In this document: positions 36,519-47,180 of the stretch, one piece after another
Position numbering within the stretch: the first letter of the stretch is position 1
Layout: each line of letters opens with the position of its first letter
Assembly: GCA_016195245.1 (NCBI GenBank)
Contig: JACQAC010000057.1
Location: 1-51,437 of the forward strand
DNA from: Pseudomonadota bacterium
GTDB taxonomy: Bacteria > Pseudomonadota > Alphaproteobacteria > Caulobacterales > Aquidulcibacteraceae
DNA length: 51,437 bases
Direction of reading: 5' to 3'
Notes under the pieces: generated by a model
Databases searched by the model: none
The model's input: only the letters and a program-made list of their open reading frames with translations
What the model was told of the DNA's origin: nothing
Program-made: the position numbers and the translations under genes

Positions 36519-38423
36519 ATGGGAACTGCACTCCCTATTGCGAAGCGATTGCAAGAATGGGTGCGCGGGTCCGCGCGCCTTGTTCCCGTTCTCTTGCTCG
36601 TGTTGACCGCGCTTGCGTTTGCTGACGTTTCCGCAGCGCAGACGCGTGGGCGCCCGCAGGCGAGTTTCGACCATGACAGAACCGGTTTTTCGCTGACGGG
36701 CGCGCACCGGCGCTTGAATTGCACTGAGTGTCACGCGAACGGTGTGTTCACGGATGCGCCCAATACTTGCGCGGGTTGTCACAACGGCTCACGCGCGATG
36801 GGTCGTAGCGCAACGCACGTGCCGACGACGCAGCAGTGCGGCGCATGTCACGGTACCGAAAACTATCGGCTGATCCGCTTCGAGCACAGCGAGGCGATTG
36901 GCACCTGCGTGTCTTGCCACGACGGACGCCGCGCAGGAGGCAAACCGGCCAACCATCCGCAAACGAGCAACGATTGCGAGTCCTGCCATACGACCGGAAT
37001 ATGGACGAGCGCTCGGTTCGATCACTCCGGCGTCACGGCGGCTTGTGCGAGCTGTCACAACGGCCGCGATGCGTCGGGCAAGCCCGCAAATCACGTGCCC
37101 TCGAGCAACACCTGTGAAGACTGCCACACCACGGCGACCTGGGCGAACGCGCGCTTTGATCACGCGAGCGCCACGGGGACATGCGTAAGCTGCCACAATG
37201 GTACATCCGCGACGGGGCGCTCACCGTCGCACTTGTCGACCACGACATCCTGTGAAAGCTGTCACGTCACCACGAATTGGACGACGGTCCATTTTGATCA
37301 TACTGCGGCGACCGGCACTTGCGCGAGTTGCCACAACGGGACTCGTGCTCCGGGCAAGCCGGCGAACCACATTCCCTCAAGCACGACATGTGACGATTGC
37401 CATACGACCACGACTTGGGCGAACGCGCGCTTTGACCACGCGAGCGCTACGGGGACTTGCGCAAGTTGCCACAATGGCACGACCGCCACCGGTAAACCCG
37501 CAACCCACTTGCCGACGACAAACGCGTGTGACGACTGCCATGTGACGACCAACTGGACGACTGTTCGCTTCGACCATGCCGGGGTCACCGGAACCTGCGT
37601 GAGTTGTCACAATGGAACGACGGCCGCAGGGCGATCAGCCAATCACCTGCCTACGACGACAACGTGCGACGATTGTCACGTCACAACCAATTGGACGACA
37701 GTGCATTTTGATCACGCGAGCGCCGTCGGCACCTGCTTCAGCTGTCATGATGGGACGCGCGTTGCGGGCAAGCCCGCCAATCACATGGCGACGAGCAACA
37801 CCTGCGATGATTGCCATGTCACGACGAGCTGGACAAACGTCCGATTTGACCACAACGGCGTCACTGGTTCGTGCGCGAGCTGCCATAACGGCACGACGGC
37901 AACGGGTAAGACGCCAACGCACATTCAGACCTCCGCGGATTGCGGCGATTGTCACTCGACACTTGCCTGGACGCCCGCCCGGTTTGACCACGCGTCGATA
38001 ACTGGCTCGTGCGCAACCTGTCACAACGGTTCGTCGGCGACGGGACGGCCAACCAATCACTTCACCACCTCGCTGGGCTGTGAGGATTGCCACCTCACAA
38101 CGGCGTGGACGCCGATCGTATTCCGCCACACATCGCCAGATTATCCGGGCGATCACCGGAGCAGCGTAACCTGCGTGATGTGCCACCGCAGCAATGCGCA
38201 GACGATTGCTTGGCCGAACGCCGCGTACGCGCCGGATTGTGCAGCCTGCCACGCCAACAACTATCGCTCCGATCCTCATACCAAGTACGGCAACGTGCGC
38301 TACACGGTTAGCGAACTGCGCGACTGCGCGGGCGCGTGCCATATCTACAGCGACAGTTCGATGACGACGATCCTGACGCGCCGAAATTCCCACCACAGGG
38401 CCAGCGACGGCGGATTCGATTGA
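36519..38423 (+). CDS. Exported tandem-repeat multiheme cytochrome c, 23 CXXCH plus 1 CXXXCH
   Basis: Hydrophobic signal (LVPVLLLVLTALAFADVSAA); ten 46-aa di-heme repeats; terminal CAGACH. Start uncertain (ATG 36519 chosen). Confidence 0.95.
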   Translation: MGTALPIAKRLQEWVRGSARLVPVLLLVLTALAFADVSAAQTRGRPQASFDHDRTGFSLTGAHRRLNCTECHANGVFTDAPNTCAGCHNGSRAMGRSATHVPTTQQCGACHGTENYRLIRFEHSEAIGTCVSCHDGRRAGGKPANHPQTSNDCESCHTTGIWTSARFDHSGVTAACASCHNGRDASGKPANHVPSSNTCEDCHTTATWANARFDHASATGTCVSCHNGTSATGRSPSHLSTTTSCESCHVTTNWTTVHFDHTAATGTCASCHNGTRAPGKPANHIPSSTTCDDCHTTTTWANARFDHASATGTCASCHNGTTATGKPATHLPTTNACDDCHVTTNWTTVRFDHAGVTGTCVSCHNGTTAAGRSANHLPTTTTCDDCHVTTNWTTVHFDHASAVGTCFSCHDGTRVAGKPANHMATSNTCDDCHVTTSWTNVRFDHNGVTGSCASCHNGTTATGKTPTHIQTSADCGDCHSTLAWTPARFDHASITGSCATCHNGSSATGRPTNHFTTSLGCEDCHLTTAWTPIVFRHTSPDYPGDHRSSVTCVMCHRSNAQTIAWPNAAYAPDCAACHANNYRSDPHTKYGNVRYTVSELRDCAGACHIYSDSSMTTILTRRNSHHRASDGGFD

Positions 38424-38430
38424 GGTCCTT

Positions 38431-40611
38431 ATGCGTTATATGAAGTCACTCGGGACTGTGACGGCTGGTGCGGCCGCTCTTGCGTCCGTTGCTCCCTCCG
38501 CCCTGGCTCAGCCAGCGCTGGATCGGGTCTTGTCGGACGCGACGGTGGAAGAGGGGCAGCACTGCGCTGTCTTGCAGGTCAACTTCAATTTCCCCGTTCG
38601 CTATCTCAGTCACTTTCCGGTTTCGAGCGGCGATGACTTGCGCGTGCGCATCCGTGCAGCTGACCGCGATCACGACAGCGCCATGCAACATCGTGAGGCG
38701 GTGCGGCCCCCGGAAAGTCAGCTCGCTCATATCAGCGAAATCCAGTTTGACGGCGACCGCCCAGACGGGGCGACGTTGTCTTTCCAGTTCGGCGCATCAA
38801 CCCAGTATCGCGTAGGCCAAGGGCCAGACTTCCGCAGCATCCGGGTTGCTATCAACGATGGCGTGGACGCGGCCTCATGTTCGCCGGAGTCCCACCCAAG
38901 TCTACCAAACGGCGCCGCCGCGGCGGTGTCACAACCAACGCCAGTGACCGTGCCGCAGGTCGACGTTGGAGCGGGCGATCCGCTCCTCACGGAGGCTCGC
39001 GCGGCCATGACGGCGGGCGACAACGCCCATGCCGTGCAGTTGCTCACGCGCATTTTGGAGGCGCCAGACTCGCCGAGTTCGCGGGATGCGCAGGAATTGC
39101 TTGGCGTGGCGCGCGAACGCGCGGGTCAACGTGCGCACGCTCGCGCGGAATATGATGAATACCTGCGCCGCTATCCAACCGGCGAAGGTGCGGATCGCGT
39201 GCGCCAACGTTTGGCCGCGCTTGTGGCAATGGATATGCCTCAGCCGAGGCCAGAGCTGCGTCGCGCCGGACGGCAGGAGCGGCGAGGCGGGGCGCAGTGG
39301 GAAGCAAGCGCAAGCTTGTCGCAAATCTACTTCCGGGACGATGCGACCTACACCTACGAAGATTTGTTTGGACCGCCGTCGCCGACCACGACGGATCACC
39401 AAACGAACCAGAACGAACTTCTGTCTGCCCTTGATGCTGACGTGGCAATTGCAACCAACTCCGTCCATGCGCGCCTGCGCGCCTCTGGGGCCTACAGCAA
39501 CGATTTCAGGGCCGGCGGCAAAGACGAAACCAGTTTGAGCGCGCTCTATTTGGAAGTTGGCGACGCCCAAGACCGGTTGGTCGTTCGAGGGGGGCGCCAA
39601 ACCCGCAGCACTTCGGGAGTGTTCGGTCGCTTCGATGGCGGCGTGGTTTCGCTGCGTCCAATGGATCGCATCAGAGTCGATGTTATTGCCGGTTATCCGG
39701 TGGATACACCGCGCGATCTCACGTTTGATCCGCACCGTTCTTTCTACGCGGCCAGCGTCGACTACCAGGGCGAGAAATGGGACGCCAGCGTCTATTGGCT
39801 TCGTCAGACGTCGTACGGGTTTGTCGATCGCAACGCGGCAGGCGTGGAGCTGCGTTATGTGAGCGATCGGATGAACCTGTTCGCGCTCGCGGACTATGAT
39901 GTTCACTATAATGAACTCAATATCGGACTCGCGAACGCGACGTTCACGCTCCCCGGCGATACAACACTCAATCTCGGCGTCGACTATCGCAAGGCGCCGA
40001 TGCTGGCGACGATCAACGCATTGATTGGACAGACGGTTGGCTCTCTGGACGAACTGCGCGCGACCTACACGGACACCGAGATTGAACAGCTTGCGTTGGA
40101 TCGTACTGCCCAGAGCACAACCTACTTTGCGGGGATCGCGCACCCGATCAGCCAACGCTTTTCGATCAATGTTGACGCGACGCTTTCGAACTTGGATGGC
40201 ACTCCCGCGTCCGGCGGCGTTCCTGCGACGACCGCAACCGGTCAAGAATTATACGGCTCCATCCAGCTTATCGGCACCAGCCTTTTCAAGGAGGGCGATC
40301 TCGGCATTATCGGCCTGCGCTACGCCGACACGTCGACTTCGGTGCGGTATGGATTTGACCTTAACACACGCTACCCCGTGAGCCGTGCGCTTAAGATCAA
40401 TCCGCGGTTCCGGTTGAGCTACCGGGAAAACAAGAACGACAATGGCACCCAGTTGTCGGCTCGCCCCTCGTTCAGGCTGAATTACCAAGTCGGGCATCAC
40501 GGATCGCTGGAAGCGGACGTAGGCGCCGAATGGCAACGCACCTCAAACTCATCGATGCGTGAAGAGAGCTGGGATTATTTTGTGACGGCTGGCTACCGGT
40601 TGGATTTCTAG
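38431..40611 (+). CDS. Outer-membrane beta-barrel protein with N-terminal periplasmic and TPR domains (putative conduit porin)
   Basis: Signal peptide; TPR ([30 protein letters not shown]); long region of alternating beta-strands; C-terminal GYRLDF with terminal Phe. Confidence 0.82.
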   Translation: MRYMKSLGTVTAGAAALASVAPSALAQPALDRVLSDATVEEGQHCAVLQVNFNFPVRYLSHFPVSSGDDLRVRIRAADRDHDSAMQHREAVRPPESQLAHISEIQFDGDRPDGATLSFQFGASTQYRVGQGPDFRSIRVAINDGVDAASCSPESHPSLPNGAAAAVSQPTPVTVPQVDVGAGDPLLTEARAAMTAGDNAHAVQLLTRILEAPDSPSSRDAQELLGVARERAGQRAHARAEYDEYLRRYPTGEGADRVRQRLAALVAMDMPQPRPELRRAGRQERRGGAQWEASASLSQIYFRDDATYTYEDLFGPPSPTTTDHQTNQNELLSALDADVAIATNSVHARLRASGAYSNDFRAGGKDETSLSALYLEVGDAQDRLVVRGGRQTRSTSGVFGRFDGGVVSLRPMDRIRVDVIAGYPVDTPRDLTFDPHRSFYAASVDYQGEKWDASVYWLRQTSYGFVDRNAAGVELRYVSDRMNLFALADYDVHYNELNIGLANATFTLPGDTTLNLGVDYRKAPMLATINALIGQTVGSLDELRATYTDTEIEQLALDRTAQSTTYFAGIAHPISQRFSINVDATLSNLDGTPASGGVPATTATGQELYGSIQLIGTSLFKEGDLGIIGLRYADTSTSVRYGFDLNTRYPVSRALKINPRFRLSYRENKNDNGTQLSARPSFRLNYQVGHHGSLEADVGAEWQRTSNSSMREESWDYFVTAGYRLDF

Positions 40612-40624
40612 GACCGGAGTCGTT

Positions 40625-41851
40625 GTGAGATCTCAAGACCTGCAGGTATTCGAAGCGGCGGTTGGCGCTATCCGTGAGGAGGGGCGTTACCGGGTGTTCG
40701 CCGACATCATGCGCGAGCGCGGGCGTTTCCCGCACGCGACATTGCGGCGCGAGGACGGTTCGACCCGCGACATCGTGGTGTGGTGCTCGAACGATTATCT
40801 AGGCCAAGGCCAGAGCCCTGAAGTTCTGGATGCGGCGCATGCGGCGCTGGACAAGGTGGGCGCCGGGGCCGGCGGCACGCGCAACATTTCCGGCACCACC
40901 AGCTATCACGTCGATTTGGAGCGGGCGCTTGCCGAGCTTCACGGCAAGCAGACGGCGCTCTTGTTCACGTCGGGCTATGTGTCCAACGATGCGACGCTGT
41001 CGACGCTGGCGCAGCTTTTCCCCGATCTCTGGATTTTCTCCGATGAGCAAAACCACGCCTCGATGATCGAAGGCATCCGCCGCGCCAAGTGTGAGCGGCG
41101 GATATTCAGGCACAATGATCTTCAGCATCTGGAAGCGCTGATCAACGAGGCGCCAGCCGAGGCGCCGAAGCTGATCGCCTTCGAGAGCGTCTATTCGATG
41201 GACGGCGACACGGCCCCGATCGAAGCCATTTGCGACATCGCTCAAGCCTATGGCGCGATGACCTATCTGGATGAAGTGCATGGGGTTGGGCTTTACGGCC
41301 CCACCGGCTGGGGCGTCGCCGAGCGTGACGGGGTGATGCACCGGGTTGACTTCATCGAAGGCACCCTCGCCAAGGCGTTTGGCGCGATGGGCGGGTATGT
41401 CACCGGCCCGGCGGCGGCGATGGACGCTATCCGCTCCACGGCTTCGGGGTTTATCTTCACCACCTCGCTGGCGCCGTCGATCGCGGCGGCGGCGCTGGAG
41501 AGCGTGCGCATCGTGCGCGAGTGCCCGCACCTGCGCGACCGCTTGGCCGAACGCGCGGAGCGCTTGAAAACCATGCTGTTCGAGGCCGGCATTCCGGTGA
41601 TGTCGGAATCGACCACCCACATCGTGCCGGTGTTGGTGGGCGATGCGGCGCGCTGCAAGAAGATCTCCGACATCCTGCTCTATGACCACGGCATTTATGT
41701 GCAGCCGATCAACTATCCGACGGTGCCCAAGGGTACTGAGCGGCTGCGTATTACGCCGTCGCCCTTCCACGACGATGCGTTGATGGAGCGCCTGGTGGCT
41801 TCGCTCAAAGCGGTTTGGGCGATGTGTCCGGTGCATACCTCAGCGCCTTGA
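40625..41851 (+). CDS. hemA: 5-aminolevulinate synthase
   Basis: [63 protein letters not shown]. Confidence 0.97.
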   Translation: MRSQDLQVFEAAVGAIREEGRYRVFADIMRERGRFPHATLRREDGSTRDIVVWCSNDYLGQGQSPEVLDAAHAALDKVGAGAGGTRNISGTTSYHVDLERALAELHGKQTALLFTSGYVSNDATLSTLAQLFPDLWIFSDEQNHASMIEGIRRAKCERRIFRHNDLQHLEALINEAPAEAPKLIAFESVYSMDGDTAPIEAICDIAQAYGAMTYLDEVHGVGLYGPTGWGVAERDGVMHRVDFIEGTLAKAFGAMGGYVTGPAAAMDAIRSTASGFIFTTSLAPSIAAAALESVRIVRECPHLRDRLAERAERLKTMLFEAGIPVMSESTTHIVPVLVGDAARCKKISDILLYDHGIYVQPINYPTVPKGTERLRITPSPFHDDALMERLVASLKAVWAMCPVHTSAP

Positions 41852-42063
41852 GCGCGGACGCTCCAGACGAGGTTATTTTCGAAATCACCAAGATTGGTGA
41901 CGTGCAGCGGGTCGCGGTGGTGCATGTCGCCACCGGTACAGAGGTTGTGTTTCAGACGCCAGCGACCGCGGCGCTCGCCGATCTGCGGGCGCTTGGCAGG
42001 CAATTGCTCAAGCGGAAACTCGCGGAAGGCGATCAGCCGAAAGGGGCTGGCATCATTGTCTAG
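41848..42063 (+). CDS. Small hypothetical protein (DUF6898-like)
   Basis: EVIFE...IG...RVA.V...TGTEV; probable TTG start overlapping the hemA stop. Confidence 0.6.
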   Translation: MSADAPDEVIFEITKIGDVQRVAVVHVATGTEVVFQTPATAALADLRALGRQLLKRKLAEGDQPKGAGIIV

Positions 42064-42497
42064 TCGCGGCGGCGAACGCCTTTGCCGAGGCCAATGCGCT
42101 TGGCGAATTCCGAACGGCGCGCAGCGTAGGAGGGCGCCACCATCGGATAGTCCGCTGGAAGTCCCCAGCGCTTACGATATTCGTCAGGCGTCATGCCATA
42201 GGTTGAGCGCAAATAGCGCTTGAGCATCTTGAGCTTTTTTCCGTCTTCGAGGCAGATGATGTAATCGTCATGCACGGAGCGGTTGATCGGCGCCGCAGGC
42301 TTCGGCCGCTCCCCGGCCCTTTCAGCCGCCGCATCCGGCAGCGCCGCAAGCGCACGATGCACGCTGCGGATCAAGTCGACCAGCTCGTCGGACGAAACCT
42401 TATTGTTGCTCACGAATGAAGCGACGATTTCTGTCGTCATGCGGAGCGTGTCGCTGCCATCTGCGGTGGAAGTATTGTCTCCTTCGCGCCCGTTCAC
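42060..42497 (-). CDS. mucR: Ros/MucR family transcriptional regulator
   Basis: IICLEDGKKLKMLKRYL, YRKRWGLPADYPMVAPSYA..RS..AK.IGLG. Confidence 0.95.
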   Translation of the reverse strand: MNGREGDNTSTADGSDTLRMTTEIVASFVSNNKVSSDELVDLIRSVHRALAALPDAAAERAGERPKPAAPINRSVHDDYIICLEDGKKLKMLKRYLRSTYGMTPDEYRKRWGLPADYPMVAPSYAARRSEFAKRIGLGKGVRRRD

Positions 42498-42706
42498 GGG
42501 TTCTCCTAACTAATACAATACCCTCGGGCGGTCTTGTAGGCTGTATTCGGTAGATTGTACAAGTATTACTCTCGAACTAAGGCGGTAATTGCGGCTACTC
42601 TGCTGCATTCATAAGTAATGCTCAGCACTGTCAGCGGCTTTGATTGCTGTGAATCGAGCGCCTATGCTCGGTGACGATTCAGCTTGCCAGGAGTTGCAGA
42701 GAGCCC

Positions 42707-44005
42707 ATGGACCACGGTGGAGGCCGCGCGGCCGAACGCGATCGCTTTTTTGAAGCGCCGTTGGATCGAGCTGATCCCGATGTGCAGTCGGCGGTCCAAG
42801 ACGAACTGAAGCGGCAGCAGCGGCAGATCGAGCTGATCGCGTCGGAAAACATCGTCTCGCGTGCTGTCCTGGAAGCGCAGGGGTCGGTGCTGACCAATAA
42901 GTACGCTGAGGGTTATCCGGGGCGGCGCTATTATGGCGGTTGCGAATTTGTGGACGAGGTCGAACGCCTCGCCATTGAGCGGGCGAAGAAACTCTTCAAT
43001 TGCAGCTTCGCGAACGTGCAGCCGCACTCCGGGGCAAACGCCAACCAGGCGGTGTTCTTTGCGCTGTTGCAGCCGGGTGACAAGTTCTTGGGAATGGACT
43101 TGGCGTGCGGTGGGCACCTCACGCACGGCTCGCCGGTCAACATCTCCGGTAAATGGTTTCATCCCGTCGCCTACGGCGTGCGAGAGGATGATCATCTGAT
43201 CGACTATGATCAGGTCGAAGAGATTGCGCATCGCGAAAAGCCGAAGCTGATCTTGGCAGGGGCGTCCGCGTATTCACGGCAGATCGATTTTGCACGCTTC
43301 CGCAAGATCGCGGACGAAGTGGGCGCGGTGCTCATGGTCGACATGGCGCACTATGCGGGCCTGATCGCTGGCGGTGTCTATGACTCACCCCTGCCGCACG
43401 CGCACGTGGTGACGACCACGACACACAAGACGCTCCGCGGGCCCCGTGGCGGCATGATCCTGTCGAACAGTGAAGAGATTGGAAAAAAGATCAATTCAGC
43501 GGTATTTCCGGGTCTGCAAGGCGGGCCGCTCATGCATGTGATTGCCGCCAAAGCGGTGAGTTTCGGTGAGGCGTTGCAGCCCGAGTTCAAAGCCTATGCG
43601 AAGCGGACGCTGGAGAATGCGCAGGCGCTGGCGGGGCAGCTGATCAAGAATGGCTTGGCGGTGGTTTCCGGCGGCACTGATAGTCATCTGATGCTAGTGG
43701 ATGTTCGACCGAAGCGCACGACCGGTAAGCTCGCTGAGCAAGCGCTCGAGCGGGCGATGATTACTTGCAACAAGAACGGCATCCCGTTCGACCCGGAAAA
43801 GCCAATGGTGACGTCGGGCATTCGCCTGGGTTCGCCGGCATGCACCACACGCGGCTTTGGGCCGGCGGAATTCCGGCAAGTCGCGGATCTGATTTGTGAA
43901 GTTCTGGATGGGCTGTCAGGCTCGAACGGCGACAATACCGCCGTCGAAACTGCAGTGGCCGCCAAAGTCGAGCAACTCACGGGGCGGTTTCCCATCTATT
44001 CTTGA
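42707..44005 (+). CDS. glyA: Serine hydroxymethyltransferase
   Basis: [38 protein letters not shown]. Confidence 0.98.
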   Translation: MDHGGGRAAERDRFFEAPLDRADPDVQSAVQDELKRQQRQIELIASENIVSRAVLEAQGSVLTNKYAEGYPGRRYYGGCEFVDEVERLAIERAKKLFNCSFANVQPHSGANANQAVFFALLQPGDKFLGMDLACGGHLTHGSPVNISGKWFHPVAYGVREDDHLIDYDQVEEIAHREKPKLILAGASAYSRQIDFARFRKIADEVGAVLMVDMAHYAGLIAGGVYDSPLPHAHVVTTTTHKTLRGPRGGMILSNSEEIGKKINSAVFPGLQGGPLMHVIAAKAVSFGEALQPEFKAYAKRTLENAQALAGQLIKNGLAVVSGGTDSHLMLVDVRPKRTTGKLAEQALERAMITCNKNGIPFDPEKPMVTSGIRLGSPACTTRGFGPAEFRQVADLICEVLDGLSGSNGDNTAVETAVAAKVEQLTGRFPIYS

Positions 44006-44051
44006 GCGGCGGCGCGGCTGATTCGGCACGAGCGCCCCGGGAGTTCGCTGA

Positions 44052-44462
44052 ATGCGTTGCCCCTTCTGTCAGAACGAAGACACTCAGGTGAAGGACAGCC
44101 GTCCGACCGAAAGCGGCGACGCCATTCGTCGCCGCCGCCAATGCGACAAATGCGAGTCGCGCTTCACCACTTTCGAGCGCGTACAATTGCGTGAGCTGAC
44201 TGTACTGAAGAGGTCGGGGCGGCGCGTCCCGTTCGACCGAGAGAAGCTCGAGCGGTCGGTGTCAGTGGCCCTGCGCAAGCGGCCGATCCACGACGACCAG
44301 GTTCAACAGATGATTTCGGGCATTGTCCGCAAACTGGAGAGTTCCGGAGAAAGCGAGAGTTCGCCCACACGTCACATTGAAGCTGGCGACTTCGCTCGAC
44401 GGGCGCATTGCGACCGCCTCGGGCGAAAGCCGCTGGATCACGGGGGAGGAAGCGCGTGCTGA
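44052..44462 (+). pseudogene. nrdR: Transcriptional repressor NrdR, truncated after ~102 codons and continuing out of frame into ribD
   Basis: [29 protein letters not shown] are intact; the conserved VAYVRFASVY segment is absent. Confidence 0.85.
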
Positions 44463-45012
44463 GGTGCATAAGCTGCGCGCAAGTGTCGACGCGGTGATGA
44501 TCGGCGCCGAAACCGCACGCCGAGACAACCCCTCGCTGCTAGCGCGTACCAACCCACCGCCCGCGCGGCAGCCAAAGCGTGTGGTTCTTACGCGCAGCTT
44601 CGACCTACCAACGAGCGGCAGGCTGTTCGACCAATTGGATCTGTCTCCGCTGATTATCATCGGAGAGGAATCGAACGCACGATCCAAAGCGCTGGCTGCT
44701 GCTGGCGCACAGGTAGGCACTGTTGTGGACACGATGGACGGGCGCGGTCCGGAGCTGGCACTGCAGGCGCTCGGGTCCGTTGGCGTGCGTTCTGTGCTGA
44801 TAGAGGGTGGGGGCGTGCTGTCGGCCGGCGCGATTATGGCCGGCTTAGTGGATCGCCTGGAGTGGTTCCGAGCGCCAATCCTCCTGGGCGCAGAGGGGCG
44901 GCCTTCCGTCGCGGCGCTGGCTTTGGCGCGGCTTTCCGATGCGCCGGCGTTTCGCAGAGTTGCGGTTCGAGAGCTTGGACCCGATCTGTGGGAAGGCTAC
45001 GAGCGGGTCTGA
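44359..45012 (+). CDS. ribD: RibD reductase domain, with no convincing start codon
   Basis: [33 protein letters not shown]; no deaminase domain; the 5' end abuts the nrdR break. Confidence 0.75.
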   Translation, partial: VRPHVTLKLATSLDGRIATASGESRWITGEEARAEVHKLRASVDAVMIGAETARRDNPSLLARTNPPPARQPKRVVLTRSFDLPTSGRLFDQLDLSPLIIIGEESNARSKALAAAGAQVGTVVDTMDGRGPELALQALGSVGVRSVLIEGGGVLSAGAIMAGLVDRLEWFRAPILLGAEGRPSVAALALARLSDAPAFRRVAVRELGPDLWEGYERV

Positions 45013-45013
45013 G

Positions 45014-45622
45014 ATGTTTACCGGGATTGTCACAGCGCTAGGGGAAGTGAAGGCGGTTGAACGCCTGAACGGACTTACGCGCTTGTCGATCGTTGCGCCG
45101 TACGATGCGAAGGATGTGGCGATTGGCGCAAGCATTGCGCATGAGGGGTGCTGCCTCACCGTGGTTGAAGCGACGCCTCAGGCGAATGGATTGCGCTATG
45201 TCGTTGAGGTCGCGTCCGAGAGTTTGGCGCTGACGACGCTAGGCGGATTAGAGCTAGGCGATCGGGTGAATTTGGAACGCTCGCTGCGCGTCGGCGATGA
45301 GCTTGGCGGGCACATGGTGCAAGGCCACGTCGACGGCCGGGGCGAATTGCTTTCCGTGACGAAAGATGGGGAGGGTTGGCGGCTCAAGATCAGGCCGCCG
45401 TCTTCGATCAATCATCTGATCGCGCGGAAAGGTTCTATCGCCATCAATGGCGTATCGTTGACGGTGAATGAGGTCGATGCTGAGGGGTTCGGGGTGTTGA
45501 TCATTCCGCACACTTGGAGCGTTACCACTTTGTCTCGGCTCAAAGCGGGCGATAAGGTCAATCTCGAGGCCGACATGATGGCGCGCTACGCGGCGCGTCT
45601 GATTGAGGTGCGGAGCAAATAG
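45014..45622 (+). CDS. ribE: Riboflavin synthase (alpha chain)
   Basis: [36 protein letters not shown]. Confidence 0.95.
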   Translation: MFTGIVTALGEVKAVERLNGLTRLSIVAPYDAKDVAIGASIAHEGCCLTVVEATPQANGLRYVVEVASESLALTTLGGLELGDRVNLERSLRVGDELGGHMVQGHVDGRGELLSVTKDGEGWRLKIRPPSSINHLIARKGSIAINGVSLTVNEVDAEGFGVLIIPHTWSVTTLSRLKAGDKVNLEADMMARYAARLIEVRSK

Positions 45623-46707
45623 TGGCGGCAAAATTGTCCCCGGTCGAGGAGCTGAAGCGCGCGATTTCGCCAATCCCCGAGATCATCGAGGAAGCGCGCG
45701 AAGGACGTATGTTCATCCTCGTCGACGAAGAAGATCGTGAGAACGAAGGTGACCTGGTGATACCGGCGCAGTTTGCGACGCCGGAAAAAGTGAATTTCAT
45801 GGCGCGCTACGGGCGTGGCCTCATCTGCTTGGCGTTGACGCCCGATCGAACGGAAGCGCTCGGTCTCGACCCCATGACGCCGCGCAATCAGACCCGCATG
45901 GGCACGGCGTTCACCGTCTCGATCGAGGCACGCGACGGTGTTTCGACCGGCATCTCCGCGCATGATCGCGCGCTTACGATCGCCACGGCGATCGACCCGA
46001 CGAAGGATCGGCGCGATATCGTCTCGCCAGGGCACGTGTTTCCACTTACGGCGCGGGAAGGCGGCACCTTGGTTCGAGCGCTCAATCCGTCAGCCGTGAT
46101 TTGTGAAATCATGAACGACGACGGAACCATGTCGCGACTGCCGGAACTCGTGGCGTTCGCTCAGTTTCACAATTTGAAGATCGGCGCGATTGATGAGCTG
46201 ATCGCATACCGGCGTGTGCATGAACGGCTTGTCGAGAAGATCGCCGAAGCGTCGTTCGGAGTGCGCAGTGGACGAGATTTTCGTCTCGTAGTTTTCCGCA
46301 ACAAGCTTGACGGCGTTGAGCACGCAGCTCTGGTGAAGGGCGAGATCAAGGCAGACGAGCCCACATTGGTCCGCGTGCATCGTATCGATTTCGCGGCGGA
46401 CGTGATGGGCGGATACGGCGCGCGCGCTGGGCTGATCGATCGCGCCGTGGCGGAGATCGAGGCGGAAGGCGCGGGCGTGATCGTGTTGCTGCGCGATCTG
46501 TTGCCCGATGTGCTGTCGCGGCGCCTGCATGGAGAGCCAGCTGAACGCGAAGACGATGACGGCCTACGCGTGATCGGCTTGGGTTCCCAGATTTTGCGTG
46601 AGCTGGGCGTCGGCCGAATGACGGTTTTGGCGAACGCGCCGCAAAAGCTCATCGCACTCGATGGCTACGGGCTTTCGATTGACGGTTGGCGCGGGTTCAA
46701 GTCGTGA
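45622..46707 (+). CDS. ribB: DHBP synthase fused to a degenerate GTP cyclohydrolase II domain (RibBX type), with an in-frame gap at 46080/46081
   Basis: [34 protein letters not shown]; the GHTE motif is missing; the C-domain lacks the Zn-binding cysteines. Confidence 0.88.
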   Translation: MAAKLSPVEELKRAISPIPEIIEEAREGRMFILVDEEDRENEGDLVIPAQFATPEKVNFMARYGRGLICLALTPDRTEALGLDPMTPRNQTRMGTAFTVSIEARDGVSTGISAHDRALTIATAIDPTKDRRDIVSPGHVFPLTAREGGTLVRALNPSAVICEIMNDDGTMSRLPELVAFAQFHNLKIGAIDELIAYRRVHERLVEKIAEASFGVRSGRDFRLVVFRNKLDGVEHAALVKGEIKADEPTLVRVHRIDFAADVMGGYGARAGLIDRAVAEIEAEGAGVIVLLRDLLPDVLSRRLHGEPAEREDDDGLRVIGLGSQILRELGVGRMTVLANAPQKLIALDGYGLSIDGWRGFKS

Positions 46708-47180
46708 AGGAAGGCGTTTCCAAGTTTGCAGCGGTGAAAGCGCCGGGCGCGCGGCTGTTGATGGTTGTAGCGCCGTATTACAGCGACATCGCCGAGCAGC
46801 TTCAGCGCGGCGCCGAAGCTGCAGCCGTCGAAAGCGAAGCCACCCTTGAACGCATCTTTGTGCCAGGCGCGTTTGAAATCCCAGCGGCAATCGTGCACGC
46901 CGCGCGGCGCAGCGGCTACGAGGGGTTTGTGGCGCTGGGCTGCGTCGTGCGGGGCGAGACGAGCCACTACGACTATGTGTGCGGTGAAAGCGCGCGGGCT
47001 CTGATGGATCTATCGGTCCGCGAGGGTCTGTCGATCGGTTATGGAATTTTGACGGTGAACACGATCGCGCAAGCCGAAGAACGCGCCGACCCGGATCGTG
47101 GAGACAAAGGCGGCGAAGCCACGCGGGCGGCTTTGGCAATGATCGCCCTGAAGCGGCGTTTCGCGGAATCAACCGAATGA
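46704..47180 (+). CDS. ribH: 6,7-dimethyl-8-ribityllumazine synthase
   Basis: VPGAFEIP, ALGCVVRGETSHYDYV, DKGGEA; GTG overlaps the ribB stop. Confidence 0.95.
   Translation: MKEGVSKFAAVKAPGARLLMVVAPYYSDIAEQLQRGAEAAAVESEATLERIFVPGAFEIPAAIVHAARRSGYEGFVALGCVVRGETSHYDYVCGESARALMDLSVREGLSIGYGILTVNTIAQAEERADPDRGDKGGEATRAALAMIALKRRFAESTE

Noticed and set aside
36760-38110. Regular ~138-nt DNA repeats resembling an array
   Set aside because: They are degenerate in-frame coding repeats of the cytochrome, with no constant repeat/unique spacer pattern and no cas genes, so not CRISPR.
34799-40611. Calling the cluster mtrAB/mtoAB/pioAB
   Set aside because: Heme counts (21 and 23-24), repeat architecture and the TPR-containing porin do not fit decaheme MtrA/MtrB.
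46230-46707. C-terminal half of ribB as a functional GTP cyclohydrolase II (ribA)
   Set aside because: It lacks the Zn-binding cysteines; this is the known RibBX arrangement.
44359-47180. Riboflavin genes near the conduit as a flavin-shuttle supply
   Set aside because: glyA-nrdR-rib-nusB-thiL is ordinary alphaproteobacterial core synteny; proximity is not evidence of a link.
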